Made by a program: the position numbers and the translations under genes
Notes under the pieces: model-generated
What the model saw: the letters and a program-made list of their open reading frames with translations, nothing else
Databases searched by the model: none
What the model was told of the DNA's origin: nothing
In this document: piece after piece, positions 18,953-27,190 of the stretch
Layout of the letters: the number at the start of each line of letters is the position of its first letter
Position numbering within the stretch: the first letter of the stretch is position 1
Origin: an uncultured Gammaproteobacteria bacterium
GTDB taxonomy: Bacteria; Patescibacteriota; Patescibacteriia; UBA9934; GWF2-40-263
Direction: 5' to 3'
DNA length: 38,155 nucleotides
Assembly (NCBI GenBank): GCA_964374035.1
Contig: CAYJWY010000006.1
Span: 1-38,155 of the forward strand

Positions 18953-19029
18953 TGGTGCACCCAGCATGACTCGAACATGCGGCCTACAGCTCCGCAAGCT
19001 GTCGCTCTATCCAACTGAGCTATGGGTGC
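18953..19029 (-). tRNA. tRNA-Arg (GCG)
   Basis: Acceptor GCACCCA/TGGGTGC, D-loop AGTTGGATA, anticodon arm ACAGC-TTGCGGA-GCTGT, TTCGAGT loop and encoded CCA; 77 nt. Confidence 0.93.
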
Positions 19030-19032
19030 AAG

Positions 19033-19119
19033 GTAAAACACTCAAAACGACGCGATCTGCCTGTCACGTCGTTCGCGAACGACGTGACGGCGCATCTCAC
19101 GCCGTTTTGAGTGTTTTAC
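19033..19119. repeat. Long fold-back element C, 3 nt upstream of tRNA-Arg
   Basis: 17-bp perfect arms GTAAAACACTCAAAACG / CGTTTTGAGTGTTTTAC plus inner palindrome GTCACGTCGTTCGCGAACGACGTGAC. Confidence 0.85.
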
Positions 19120-19138
19120 GTTTGTAAGCATCGAGGAA

Positions 19139-19654
19139 CTAGCCCAACTTATACAATCTTTTCATGAGATCCGTCAAGCTTTCTTCGTTGCGATGAAAAT
19201 TTTCTGTGCAAAATGGAATCAAAGCATCTCGAATAAAATTTGGATCCATGTCTTGCATGGGTACGGCTAACAATGGATGGAGACTTGAGTGAAAATCTAA
19301 ATAGAGAATGGAGACATCGGGTGGTTCAAAGACGATAGAAAAATCACGAATGGATTGATAGTCGTAGTAGAGATCACCAACGATCACACCGGAAGTGGTG
19401 ATCATCACAGTGATGCGGTCTGGTGATTTGAATGTGCTTAAAAGCGTAATGACGCCGACCATCAAAATAATGACTGCGAAAAGAAAATTCGCCGTTGCAA
19501 TCGAATAGACAATAAGCGCAACGCCAACAACGGATGCCACAATATACCAAGTTCGCGAGCGCTCATGCGCCGTGTATTCATCAACCTGCCAATCTAAAAT
19601 CGGCTCGCCAAGCTCGAGAACATCATGTTCATAAGTGAATTCCTGATCTGCCAT
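19139..19654 (-). CDS. Conserved hypothetical membrane protein (two TM, PH-like C-terminus; DUF5673-like)
   Basis: Start at ATG 19654, preceded by TGTTACAAT. WxxxEY..HERSxxWY motif followed by two TM helices. Confidence 0.7.
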   Translation of the reverse strand: MADQEFTYEHDVLELGEPILDWQVDEYTAHERSRTWYIVASVVGVALIVYSIATANFLFAVIILMVGVITLLSTFKSPDRITVMITTSGVIVGDLYYDYQSIRDFSIVFEPPDVSILYLDFHSSLHPLLAVPMQDMDPNFIRDALIPFCTENFHRNEESLTDLMKRLYKLG

Positions 19655-19663
19655 ACGAACTCC

Positions 19664-19672
19664 ATTGTAACA
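19664..19672 (-). promoter_or_regulatory. Extended -10 promoter (TGTTACAAT)
   Basis: TGnTACAAT lies 9 nt upstream of ATG 19654. Confidence 0.45.
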
Positions 19673-19726
19673 CAACGGACTTGATTTTTGGAGACGCCTC
19701 AAGTACCGTATGGCCTGTTAGCACAT

Positions 19727-19854
19727 GTAATTCTCCCAAAATTGCGCAAGATGCGCCGGGCTGAAGGGAAAAAACGCCGACCGCTAGCTAAATGCTAGCG
19801 CGAGGTGATTTTTTCCCGAAGCCCAAGCAGATCGCGTAATTTTGGGAGAATTAC
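19727..19854. repeat. Long fold-back element B, 3 nt upstream of tRNA-Ser(TGA)
   Basis: 17-bp perfect arms GTAATTCTCCCAAAATT / AATTTTGGGAGAATTAC; internal motifs shared with elements A and C. Confidence 0.85.
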
Positions 19855-19857
19855 GAT

Positions 19858-19945
19858 GGAGAGGTGGCCGAGTGGTTTAAGGCAACGGTCTTGAAAACCG
19901 TCATACCGCAAGGTATCGCGAGTTCGAATCTCGCCCTCTCCGCCA
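19858..19945 (+). tRNA. tRNA-Ser (TGA)
   Basis: GGAGAGG/CCTCTCC acceptor, ACGGT-CTTGAAA-ACCGT, long variable arm, TTCGAAT and GCCA end. Confidence 0.95.
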
Positions 19946-19962
19946 GACCGATATCTATCTAT

Positions 19963-20057
19963 GGAGAGGTACCCAAGAGGCTGAAGGGGCGGGTTTGCTA
20001 AACCTGTAGGCCGGCGTTAAACCCGGCGCGAGGGTTCGAATCCCTCCCTCTCCGCCA
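19963..20057 (+). tRNA. tRNA-Ser (GCT)
   Basis: GGAGAGG/CCTCTCC acceptor, CGGGT-TTGCTAA-ACCTG, long variable arm, TTCGAAT and GCCA end. Confidence 0.95.
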
Positions 20058-20088
20058 AAAAATACGCATCGTAAGACGCGTATTTTTT
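20058..20088. terminator. Bidirectional intrinsic terminator
   Basis: AAAAATACGC...GCGTATTTTT hairpin between the convergent tRNA-Ser and desaturase genes. Confidence 0.7.
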
Positions 20089-20093
20089 CTTTC

Positions 20094-21074
20094 CTACAAC
20101 TCAATCACTTGAATCGGATTGCGTTGAAAGATTGTGTGGTAATTCTTCAGGGAGTTTTTGAGACAGCTCACGTATCCCTCTTCGATGTAATCGTAATGGT
20201 GTTCCTTCAAAAAAGCTCGGACGGTTGGGCGTATTTTTGCGAGGAGATAATTTGAGGCATTTGGAAACAAGTGATGCTCGACGTGGCACTCGATGAAGGC
20301 GTTGCCACCGATGATGTCGAGCAGGATGTTTTTATGCAAGTTGCGTGTCGTCACGGTTTGATGAGGCAACCACGCTGTAGGCTTTCGATCGAGCTCTGGC
20401 AGACCGATGTGATTGAACACGGCAATATGCATGAAGGTCGGAGCAAAACCTGCGCGCATCAAGATGGTACAAACGACCGCCCAAGGCAGTGGAATAAAAA
20501 ATGCGAAGATGGCAATGTGAAACATCCAGCCAAGTGCTTGCACGAGCAGATACTTTGTGAGATCCATCTTGTTCACCCACAAATATTTCACACTATTTGT
20601 AAACAACCAAACGTTCACAAAAAATGGTGCGATGAAAAAGTAGATGAACGGTTGAATCCACGGATAATAAAAGAGTGATGGCTCTTTACTGGGTACGTTT
20701 GTTTGTGTGTGATGAACAACCACATGTCGGCGATGCCACCACTTATTGCTTTGACCCGCCCAAAAATCTGAAAAAAAATACGCCCACAGACGATTTGCTT
20801 TATCCGACGCGCGGAAACATCCATGTCGCGTTTCGTGTGTTCCGGTGATTGCAACCGCATAAAACGCGAACGAAGCTACCATCACACCAAGAATCTTGAA
20901 AACAAATCCGTTCAACGAAAAAATCGCCATCGCAACAACATAGATCAACAATCGAAGAATAAAATAGATCATCTCATAGCGATAACCCTTTGTCCGCTCC
21001 CCGAGCAAAATTCCCTGACATTTCTTGGAAAGCTCGCGAAAATGCTCTTGCGATAACAGTGTCTGCACTTGCAT
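20094..21074 (-). CDS. Membrane fatty acid desaturase family protein
   Basis: Start likely ATG 21074. Three His boxes (HETRH, HVVVHH, HVEHHLFP) and several TM segments. Confidence 0.88.
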   Translation of the reverse strand: MQVQTLLSQEHFRELSKKCQGILLGERTKGYRYEMIYFILRLLIYVVAMAIFSLNGFVFKILGVMVASFAFYAVAITGTHETRHGCFRASDKANRLWAYFFSDFWAGQSNKWWHRRHVVVHHTQTNVPSKEPSLFYYPWIQPFIYFFIAPFFVNVWLFTNSVKYLWVNKMDLTKYLLVQALGWMFHIAIFAFFIPLPWAVVCTILMRAGFAPTFMHIAVFNHIGLPELDRKPTAWLPHQTVTTRNLHKNILLDIIGGNAFIECHVEHHLFPNASNYLLAKIRPTVRAFLKEHHYDYIEEGYVSCLKNSLKNYHTIFQRNPIQVIEL

Positions 21075-21093
21075 ACAAATCCATCTTATCAGC

Positions 21094-21798
21094 TTAACGT
21101 CCCTTGGCAATAACAAATCCCCAAACATTTTTCGCTCCGGCTTGCTTCAAACGCTCGGCCGCCGCGTCCATTGTCGCGCCCGAAGTGAAGACGTCGTCGC
21201 AAAGTAAGATGTGATTGGGGACGCCATCTTCGACGAAGTGCGGGTTGAGAGAAAACACCGAATCGAGTTCTCCGAGGCGGCGATCCCGTCCCGTCACCAA
21301 CGCTTGCGACTCCGTGTGAATCGATCGCTCAAGGACAGGTAAAACCGGAAGGCCGTACATCTGTTCGATCCAATGGGCGAGGACGTGCGCTTGATTAAAT
21401 CCACGCGTGCGCTCGCGTTTCACGTGAAGCGGAATCGGCACAACAAAAAAGGGATCCATGGGCGGGTGAAGTCGATCGGCTGAACGAAATAACCACTGTT
21501 GTAAAATCGGCTCCGCGCTTCGATCGCCAACATACTTCCAAGATCTCAGCATCGTGCGAATAACGGGATTCGCGTAGGGGCCAAACGTGATAAGTCCGTC
21601 AAGAAACGTCGAAGATCGACACGGGTGACACGTTGTGGACGAACCTTCTCGATGACAAAATCCACACGCCTGCTCGAGCGGGCGAAACGACCAGATCTGC
21701 TCACACGATGCACACCACAGCGAACCCTCCTTGTTGCACGCCGCGCAAAATCGCGGGAAGAGACGATCTACAACCAGGTTACGGAGGCGATCTTCCAT
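21094..21798 (-). CDS. comF: ComF family competence protein (Zn ribbon + phosphoribosyltransferase)
   Basis: LFPRFCAAC double Zn ribbon, VPIPLH...RGFNQA and DDVFTSGAT. Confidence 0.92.
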   Translation of the reverse strand: MEDRLRNLVVDRLFPRFCAACNKEGSLWCASCEQIWSFRPLEQACGFCHREGSSTTCHPCRSSTFLDGLITFGPYANPVIRTMLRSWKYVGDRSAEPILQQWLFRSADRLHPPMDPFFVVPIPLHVKRERTRGFNQAHVLAHWIEQMYGLPVLPVLERSIHTESQALVTGRDRRLGELDSVFSLNPHFVEDGVPNHILLCDDVFTSGATMDAAAERLKQAGAKNVWGFVIAKGR

Positions 21799-22346
21799 GT
21801 TCCCTCTTCTTGCACGAGCTCTAAGCGAATTTTTTGATAGCTGATCTTCGTCTTTTCAGGAGACTCGAGCGCCTCTTCGCGCTGTGTCGTGAGTTCAAGC
21901 GTTGCAGTGCCAAGCGTTTCATCGATCGATTGAACATCCACGGTAATCACGCGCGTGGTCACACCGTAGTAATTCGCCGGAGCCGTCGCGGTGTCGATAA
22001 ATGTTTGCGTCTGTGCGCGAAGCTCTATGGACATCAGCGGCAGAACGTCGCGCAAATTTTGAAAATTCGCTTCATTGGAATAACTTCCATAACGTTCGGT
22101 AAACGTTTTGGCGATCGTACTCACACTTGAGGTGGCGATACGTTCGTCCTTTTTTTGCTCCGATATAGGATTCACCTCAGGCTCTTTTGGAATCGTTGGT
22201 TGTTCTTGCGCGGGTGCATCTGCAAGCTCAACAACCACGGGAGGATCTTTGTGAAACAAGGCCCACAACAACCAACCCATCAACAAGACGAGGAGCAAAA
22301 AGAGGAAGAGAAAAATTGCAAAACGTTTACGTCGATCCGCCATCAT
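21768..22346 (-). CDS. Single-TM protein with probable NTF2-like (VirB8/TcpC-like) domain
   Basis: N-terminal TM, Pro-rich linker, AKTFTERYGSYS helix and C-terminal ...GTWKI; directly after virB4. Confidence 0.6.
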   Translation of the reverse strand: MMADRRKRFAIFLFLFLLLVLLMGWLLWALFHKDPPVVVELADAPAQEQPTIPKEPEVNPISEQKKDERIATSSVSTIAKTFTERYGSYSNEANFQNLRDVLPLMSIELRAQTQTFIDTATAPANYYGVTTRVITVDVQSIDETLGTATLELTTQREEALESPEKTKISYQKIRLELVQEEGTWKIASVTWL

Positions 22347-22349
22347 AGA

Positions 22350-24440
22350 TTAAACAGAGAGTGAATTACGAATACGATCCGCTTCCTCTTTCCCCTTTGT
22401 TTCGCCTTCGACAACAGCCTGCGCCGCATTGCGGATCTCAAGGTCTGCTTGCGCTTGGGCAACATCCTTCGCGGTGTCCGCCTCAACATCAAACGCTTCC
22501 GCCCCGATCGCGTCTTGCTCTGCTTGTTCCACACGATTCTTTTCTTCCGCGGCGACTAAATCTTTTTTCTGTTTTTCAAGCTCAAGCAATTGCTGGGGAT
22601 TGGTGGTCACGATGCGATCTTCCGTATACGACGCAACAACCTTGATCGCCGCGTGTTTATTTCCCGCAAAAAAGATTCCCTCTCCAACACCCGACTCAAG
22701 CAAAAGATATTTCTCACCATCGGTGAGAGAAAACGTTTTCTGGACATTGTCGATGGCCGAGGGAGACTGCTTGAGTAAAATCTGCATTGCGGAGTTTGTG
22801 ACGATGGCCTGACCATAGGGTGATCGCAAAAAGTCGTTGACGTCTTGCGTAATGGTCGTCACACCCAAGTAATATTTGCGTGCGCGCTTGACGAGAGCAA
22901 AAATAAATTTTGCGGAATCTTCGTTTTGCATCATCCACCACGCTTCATCCACGACGAGAATGCGTTTTTTTCGAATAGAACGCGTTACATTCCAAATGTG
23001 GTTGATCACGGTATAGATGGCCATGGGTCGGAGTTCATCTTCAAGATCTCGGACGGAATACACCACGAGTTGATTATTCATTTGAACGGTTGTGGAAGAG
23101 TTCAAGAGTCCCGAGAACGTGCCCTCAGAATACTTTCTCAATCGTGCCACCAAATTGTCTGCGCCTTCCATTCCGTCAAGCACATCCTGTAAATCTTGCA
23201 GAATAGGTGGGTCTACGTTTTCCAGTGAAGTTAAATCTGCCGTAATATCTTTCTTGGCATACGTTTCAATCAAGGCACGATCAAGAATGGAATCTTCTTC
23301 CGGTGTAAATCCAAGCTTACCAAGCTCACCAATCGGTTGGCCGATCATGATGCGTAACAACCCTTTGAGGGTAATAACCGCACTGCGAATAATGTCGTCT
23401 ACTTTGGTTCCTTCTCCCACCGCATGGGGAAGATCAAACGGATTGACTTTTGCGTCCGACGCAAGCGAGACGTTGATGAATGTTCCGCCAACCGCGTCCG
23501 AAAGATCTTTATACTCGTACTCCGGGTCGATGACAATCACTTCCACGCCAAGCATGAGGGAGCGTAAAATCTCCAGCTTGATCGTGTAAGATTTTCCGGC
23601 TCCGGATGTTGCAAAGACCACCGTATTGGCATTCTGTAAACTGAATCGATCGAACAAAATAAGCGAGTTGTTGTGACGATTGATCCCATACAAAATGCCG
23701 TTATCAGACGTCAGCTCGGAGCTAATGAAGGGAAACGATGCCGCGATCGGCGATGTGTTCATGTTGTAGGCGATGAGAAGTTCGTCATTGCCAAGTGGAA
23801 CCGTCGAGTTAAAACCTTGCTCTGCCTGATAATACCCCGACTTCGTGTAGATCAATTTGCTTCCAAACAAAGCCTCAACCTCATCGGAAAATTTATCAAT
23901 GTCTTCTTTCGATTTTCCGTACAAGGTGATGTAAAACGCAAACTGAAAAAAATGTTCAATGCCTTGCGTGAGCGCATCGCGTAGCTCTTCGATGTCATTC
24001 AAAGCGGTCTCGGCGATGGGATCACGCGGTGCGCCCTTTTCCGCATCGCCCAAAATTTTTGCTTCAAACACACCCACTTTCTTTTGCAATTGCTTGAGCA
24101 CGATATTTGCCTTGATGGGATAAAAAAACATGGCCACATCAAACGTACGATTCATGTTGATGAGCGCAGAAGACCATCCAAGACTAATATGTCGAGGATA
24201 TGTGATGATGAACACGGTGCGAACAAACAGGCCGGAAAGTTTCAAAAACTGCGGCGTCACCTCAAAGGCGGCCGGAGCGATCAAATCGCGGACCGTAACG
24301 ACACCTTGGCGATACAACCGTTCTTCCTCGAGAATTGTTTTATCAACAGCCACACCAGCTTTCTCCGCGCTTTCTTTGTGCGGTTTGTTCTGCGACGGCT
24401 GAGGAATCGATTGCTTGAGTTGTCCAATATCAATGGCCAT
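22350..24440 (-). CDS. VirB4/TraE-like type IV secretion ATPase
   Basis: Walker A ATSGAGKS, VIDPEYEY, Walker B VVDEAW, RARKY and TQD; start probably ATG 24440. Confidence 0.9.
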   Translation of the reverse strand: MAIDIGQLKQSIPQPSQNKPHKESAEKAGVAVDKTILEEERLYRQGVVTVRDLIAPAAFEVTPQFLKLSGLFVRTVFIITYPRHISLGWSSALINMNRTFDVAMFFYPIKANIVLKQLQKKVGVFEAKILGDAEKGAPRDPIAETALNDIEELRDALTQGIEHFFQFAFYITLYGKSKEDIDKFSDEVEALFGSKLIYTKSGYYQAEQGFNSTVPLGNDELLIAYNMNTSPIAASFPFISSELTSDNGILYGINRHNNSLILFDRFSLQNANTVVFATSGAGKSYTIKLEILRSLMLGVEVIVIDPEYEYKDLSDAVGGTFINVSLASDAKVNPFDLPHAVGEGTKVDDIIRSAVITLKGLLRIMIGQPIGELGKLGFTPEEDSILDRALIETYAKKDITADLTSLENVDPPILQDLQDVLDGMEGADNLVARLRKYSEGTFSGLLNSSTTVQMNNQLVVYSVRDLEDELRPMAIYTVINHIWNVTRSIRKKRILVVDEAWWMMQNEDSAKFIFALVKRARKYYLGVTTITQDVNDFLRSPYGQAIVTNSAMQILLKQSPSAIDNVQKTFSLTDGEKYLLLESGVGEGIFFAGNKHAAIKVVASYTEDRIVTTNPQQLLELEKQKKDLVAAEEKNRVEQAEQDAIGAEAFDVEADTAKDVAQAQADLEIRNAAQAVVEGETKGKEEADRIRNSLSV

Positions 24441-24450
24441 AGGCAAAGAC

Positions 24451-25155
24451 TTAAGCTCTTTCGTCAATGTTCGTTTCTTCCTCGTATCGTAAATGATCCA
24501 AATTTGTCATGCGTTCGGTATCAAACAAATCGGGATTGTAAACATTGTAATACAACTCAATGAGTCCTTGGGTATCCAATTGGACAGAGGAAACACCCAT
24601 GCTATTCAACATTCCCTGCATCGTACTGACACGTCGCCCAAGATGTTCAATGCGGTCAATCAATTGTTTTTTGTTTAACTTCGCGGCGGCTGACGGAGAA
24701 AATACTTCCATCGATCGTGCCCAAAAATTTTTCTTTTTGTCAGAAAGTGGATCATAAGGCACAACTAAATAAAAGTGTTTTTGCATGATTTCCCCCATGT
24801 CAACAAGTTGAGAGACAAAGTCACGATAATCGTTGATTTGCTGTCTCAGCAAATCATTCTCTGTTATTTTTTGATAATCTTTCAGTGAATTCAGATACGC
24901 ATCAATGTTCATGCGACGTGACTGGATCACAATTTGAATGTTGAATTCCAAAGAATTTAAAAAGGTCATGTACGCCTGAATAATGGCCTCCTGCTCATCG
25001 GCTGATTTGAGGGCAAAATTGATACTGGAAACCATCAAGACACCTCGTACGGTTCCATCTTTCAAAATGACCATGTCGTCACGAATCTCAGAAATGTCGA
25101 GATAATTCACGGTTGGTGGCCCGGGTTTTGGTTTGGCTAGCTTGTTTTGTGTCAT
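24451..25155 (-). CDS. VirB4 N-terminal/TraC-like accessory T4SS protein
   Basis: VSSINFALKS..EQEAII..Y..FLNSL...IQIVIQSR motif; lies between PrgI and VirB4. Confidence 0.7.
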   Translation of the reverse strand: MTQNKLAKPKPGPPTVNYLDISEIRDDMVILKDGTVRGVLMVSSINFALKSADEQEAIIQAYMTFLNSLEFNIQIVIQSRRMNIDAYLNSLKDYQKITENDLLRQQINDYRDFVSQLVDMGEIMQKHFYLVVPYDPLSDKKKNFWARSMEVFSPSAAAKLNKKQLIDRIEHLGRRVSTMQGMLNSMGVSSVQLDTQGLIELYYNVYNPDLFDTERMTNLDHLRYEEETNIDERA

Positions 25156-25592
25156 ACGTCCTCGGAGTCAGGTTTATACACTCCGCCAGTATCAACAACG
25201 AGGGTGATTTCTTGCAGACGTGATCCCACAAGCGCCGCTTTGTGCACGAAATGTGTGATGGGCACAGGCGGTTTCTCGTTGATAAATGCGGAAAGCTGAC
25301 TGCGTGTATAGATCTTGTTCCAAACACGCAGACGAGGCTTCTTGAATGTGATAATGAGGTTTAAGACAAAATAATGAAACGCCGCTCCATTAATACGGGC
25401 AAAGGCAAAAATAATGGCTATGATAAATAGCGGGATACCCGTCAACAAAAACGTGATGAAGGTGGCGAACTTGAACAAGCCAAACAGCAGTAAAAACGTC
25501 ACCATTAAAATAATAAACTGTCGCGCCGTGAGTGGACCGATGATTTTATCTTCTGAATCAATAAATTGTGGAACGGTAAATTGTTCCGGCAT
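25152..25592 (-). CDS. PrgI family protein (VirB3-like)
   Basis: VPQFIDSEDKIIGPLTARQF signature followed by two TM helices. Confidence 0.88.
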   Translation of the reverse strand: MPEQFTVPQFIDSEDKIIGPLTARQFIILMVTFLLLFGLFKFATFITFLLTGIPLFIIAIIFAFARINGAAFHYFVLNLIITFKKPRLRVWNKIYTRSQLSAFINEKPPVPITHFVHKAALVGSRLQEITLVVDTGGVYKPDSEDV

Positions 25593-25609
25593 ACATGTGC
25601 ATCAGTGTA

Positions 25610-27190
25610 TCAGAACCGCAGAGAAGCGTTGATGTGTGCCAGTGCCTGATATTCCTCAGGTGTCAACACATCTTCCCCGCCTGCTTTGCGTTTGGCAATG
25701 ATCTGGGTAACAGGCATGGTCTGCTCAACGGCCTCTTGCGTCACAGAAACATACTGTTGATAAATTGGTGATCCTCTCCACGCGGTGATTCCTTGAACTT
25801 TTTGATCATACCCTTGTTGCTCCAACAGGTCGACCTTGCTCAACACTTTTTCTACAGCGCGTGCAGGAATTTCTGAAAGACGTCGAAATTCTTTCAGAGA
25901 CATCCCCTGCAATTCCTCAATGGGCCCCATTAAACGTTTCGCAAACTGAACGTCCTGCATATTTGGACGAATAAGCGGTGGACGCGGGGCTGGCTTGGGT
26001 TGTTCTTGTTTTTTCGTCGTGCTGATGGCCTGTTTCACTTGTTGGGTCAGGTGCGTGTAACGATCATCCATGCGTGTTTGTTCATCCGGTTTCGTTTCCG
26101 CAATCGGCTTTGTCACTCTACGTGCAGAAACATCTTTTAGCATCGTGGCTTGATACTCCTCAACGGCTCGCTCAAGCGTCTGAACCATATCGGCAAGCCG
26201 GCGACCGACCATGCCCAGTCCACCGGTTTGTGCAGATTTCTCAAACTGCGCTTGCGTGTGATGCGCATCACGCACATCGCGCACGCGAGATTCCACAATT
26301 TTTTCGCAACGCTGTTGCATCTGCGGATCCTCAAAATGAAACGATGAATCCTTGCACACACGGTCGATCACGTCTTGAACACTGACAATGGGCTTGGGCG
26401 ACGCAATCACATGTTGTTTGTTTTCCTGCACACGAGCAACCTCGGCTTCATCTTCTTTTGTAAACGCAACAATTTTTGGCGGACGAATCGTCGCTGGAGG
26501 AGCCGCGTTCGCGATCGTGACAATCGGCGAAAGAACAACGGGGGTGGGTGCGGTCGAAACATCTTGAACACGCTTCGTTTCAAGCCCGGCCAATCGATCC
26601 CGTTCACGCTCGATCATTTCAAGAATCGCCGGAATATCCTTTGGATCAAACTCTGCACCGCCTGTTTTTTGATCACGCGTTAAATGCTCAATCGTGTCTT
26701 GTTTTGAAACCGCACCCTTCACATAATCGTTCAGCATTTTTTCTATACGATGCTGGATGCGAGCCTCTGGCTCTTCGGGCATGGACTGAACAAAGGCCCG
26801 AATAAATTGGTCAATCGATGGTTTTTCAGGCATTGTCGTTGTGTCGTGTAGGCGAACACCCCAAGTACGAAGGGCACCCTCAAGCCCAGGAACTTCTGCG
26901 GCAATCGGTTCAAGAATATCCTCGCCAATGGCCTGAAGCATGGACTGGGTTTGTTGCTCGCTTATCTGATAAAACGATTGAAGATTTTTTGGAAGGTCGG
27001 CGATGGGATCAATGCCTTTAACGGCACGAAACAAAATCACGGACAGCATCTCACGTTTTGAGGCATCAGATGTATACCCATGGGCAATGCGCTCGTACTT
27101 GCCAAAGGTATCAGCAGACTGCAAATAATCCAGCACTTCTTGCGAGAGCGATGTTACTGCGTTTTGGATTGAAGCAGTTTGCGTCATCAT
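25610..27190 (-). CDS. Hypothetical soluble helical protein in T4SS-like operon
   Basis: 526-aa ORF with a 4-nt overlap to the upstream gene; Pro-rich linkers, no TM. Confidence 0.75.
   Translation of the reverse strand: MMTQTASIQNAVTSLSQEVLDYLQSADTFGKYERIAHGYTSDASKREMLSVILFRAVKGIDPIADLPKNLQSFYQISEQQTQSMLQAIGEDILEPIAAEVPGLEGALRTWGVRLHDTTTMPEKPSIDQFIRAFVQSMPEEPEARIQHRIEKMLNDYVKGAVSKQDTIEHLTRDQKTGGAEFDPKDIPAILEMIERERDRLAGLETKRVQDVSTAPTPVVLSPIVTIANAAPPATIRPPKIVAFTKEDEAEVARVQENKQHVIASPKPIVSVQDVIDRVCKDSSFHFEDPQMQQRCEKIVESRVRDVRDAHHTQAQFEKSAQTGGLGMVGRRLADMVQTLERAVEEYQATMLKDVSARRVTKPIAETKPDEQTRMDDRYTHLTQQVKQAISTTKKQEQPKPAPRPPLIRPNMQDVQFAKRLMGPIEELQGMSLKEFRRLSEIPARAVEKVLSKVDLLEQQGYDQKVQGITAWRGSPIYQQYVSVTQEAVEQTMPVTQIIAKRKAGGEDVLTPEEYQALAHINASLRF

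Noticed and set aside
18558..18997. ORFs METHSPTRT... and the 60-aa N-terminal extension of the transposase
   Set aside because: These are translations of the duplicated palindrome and tRNA; the family N-terminus MARPLR starts at 18573.
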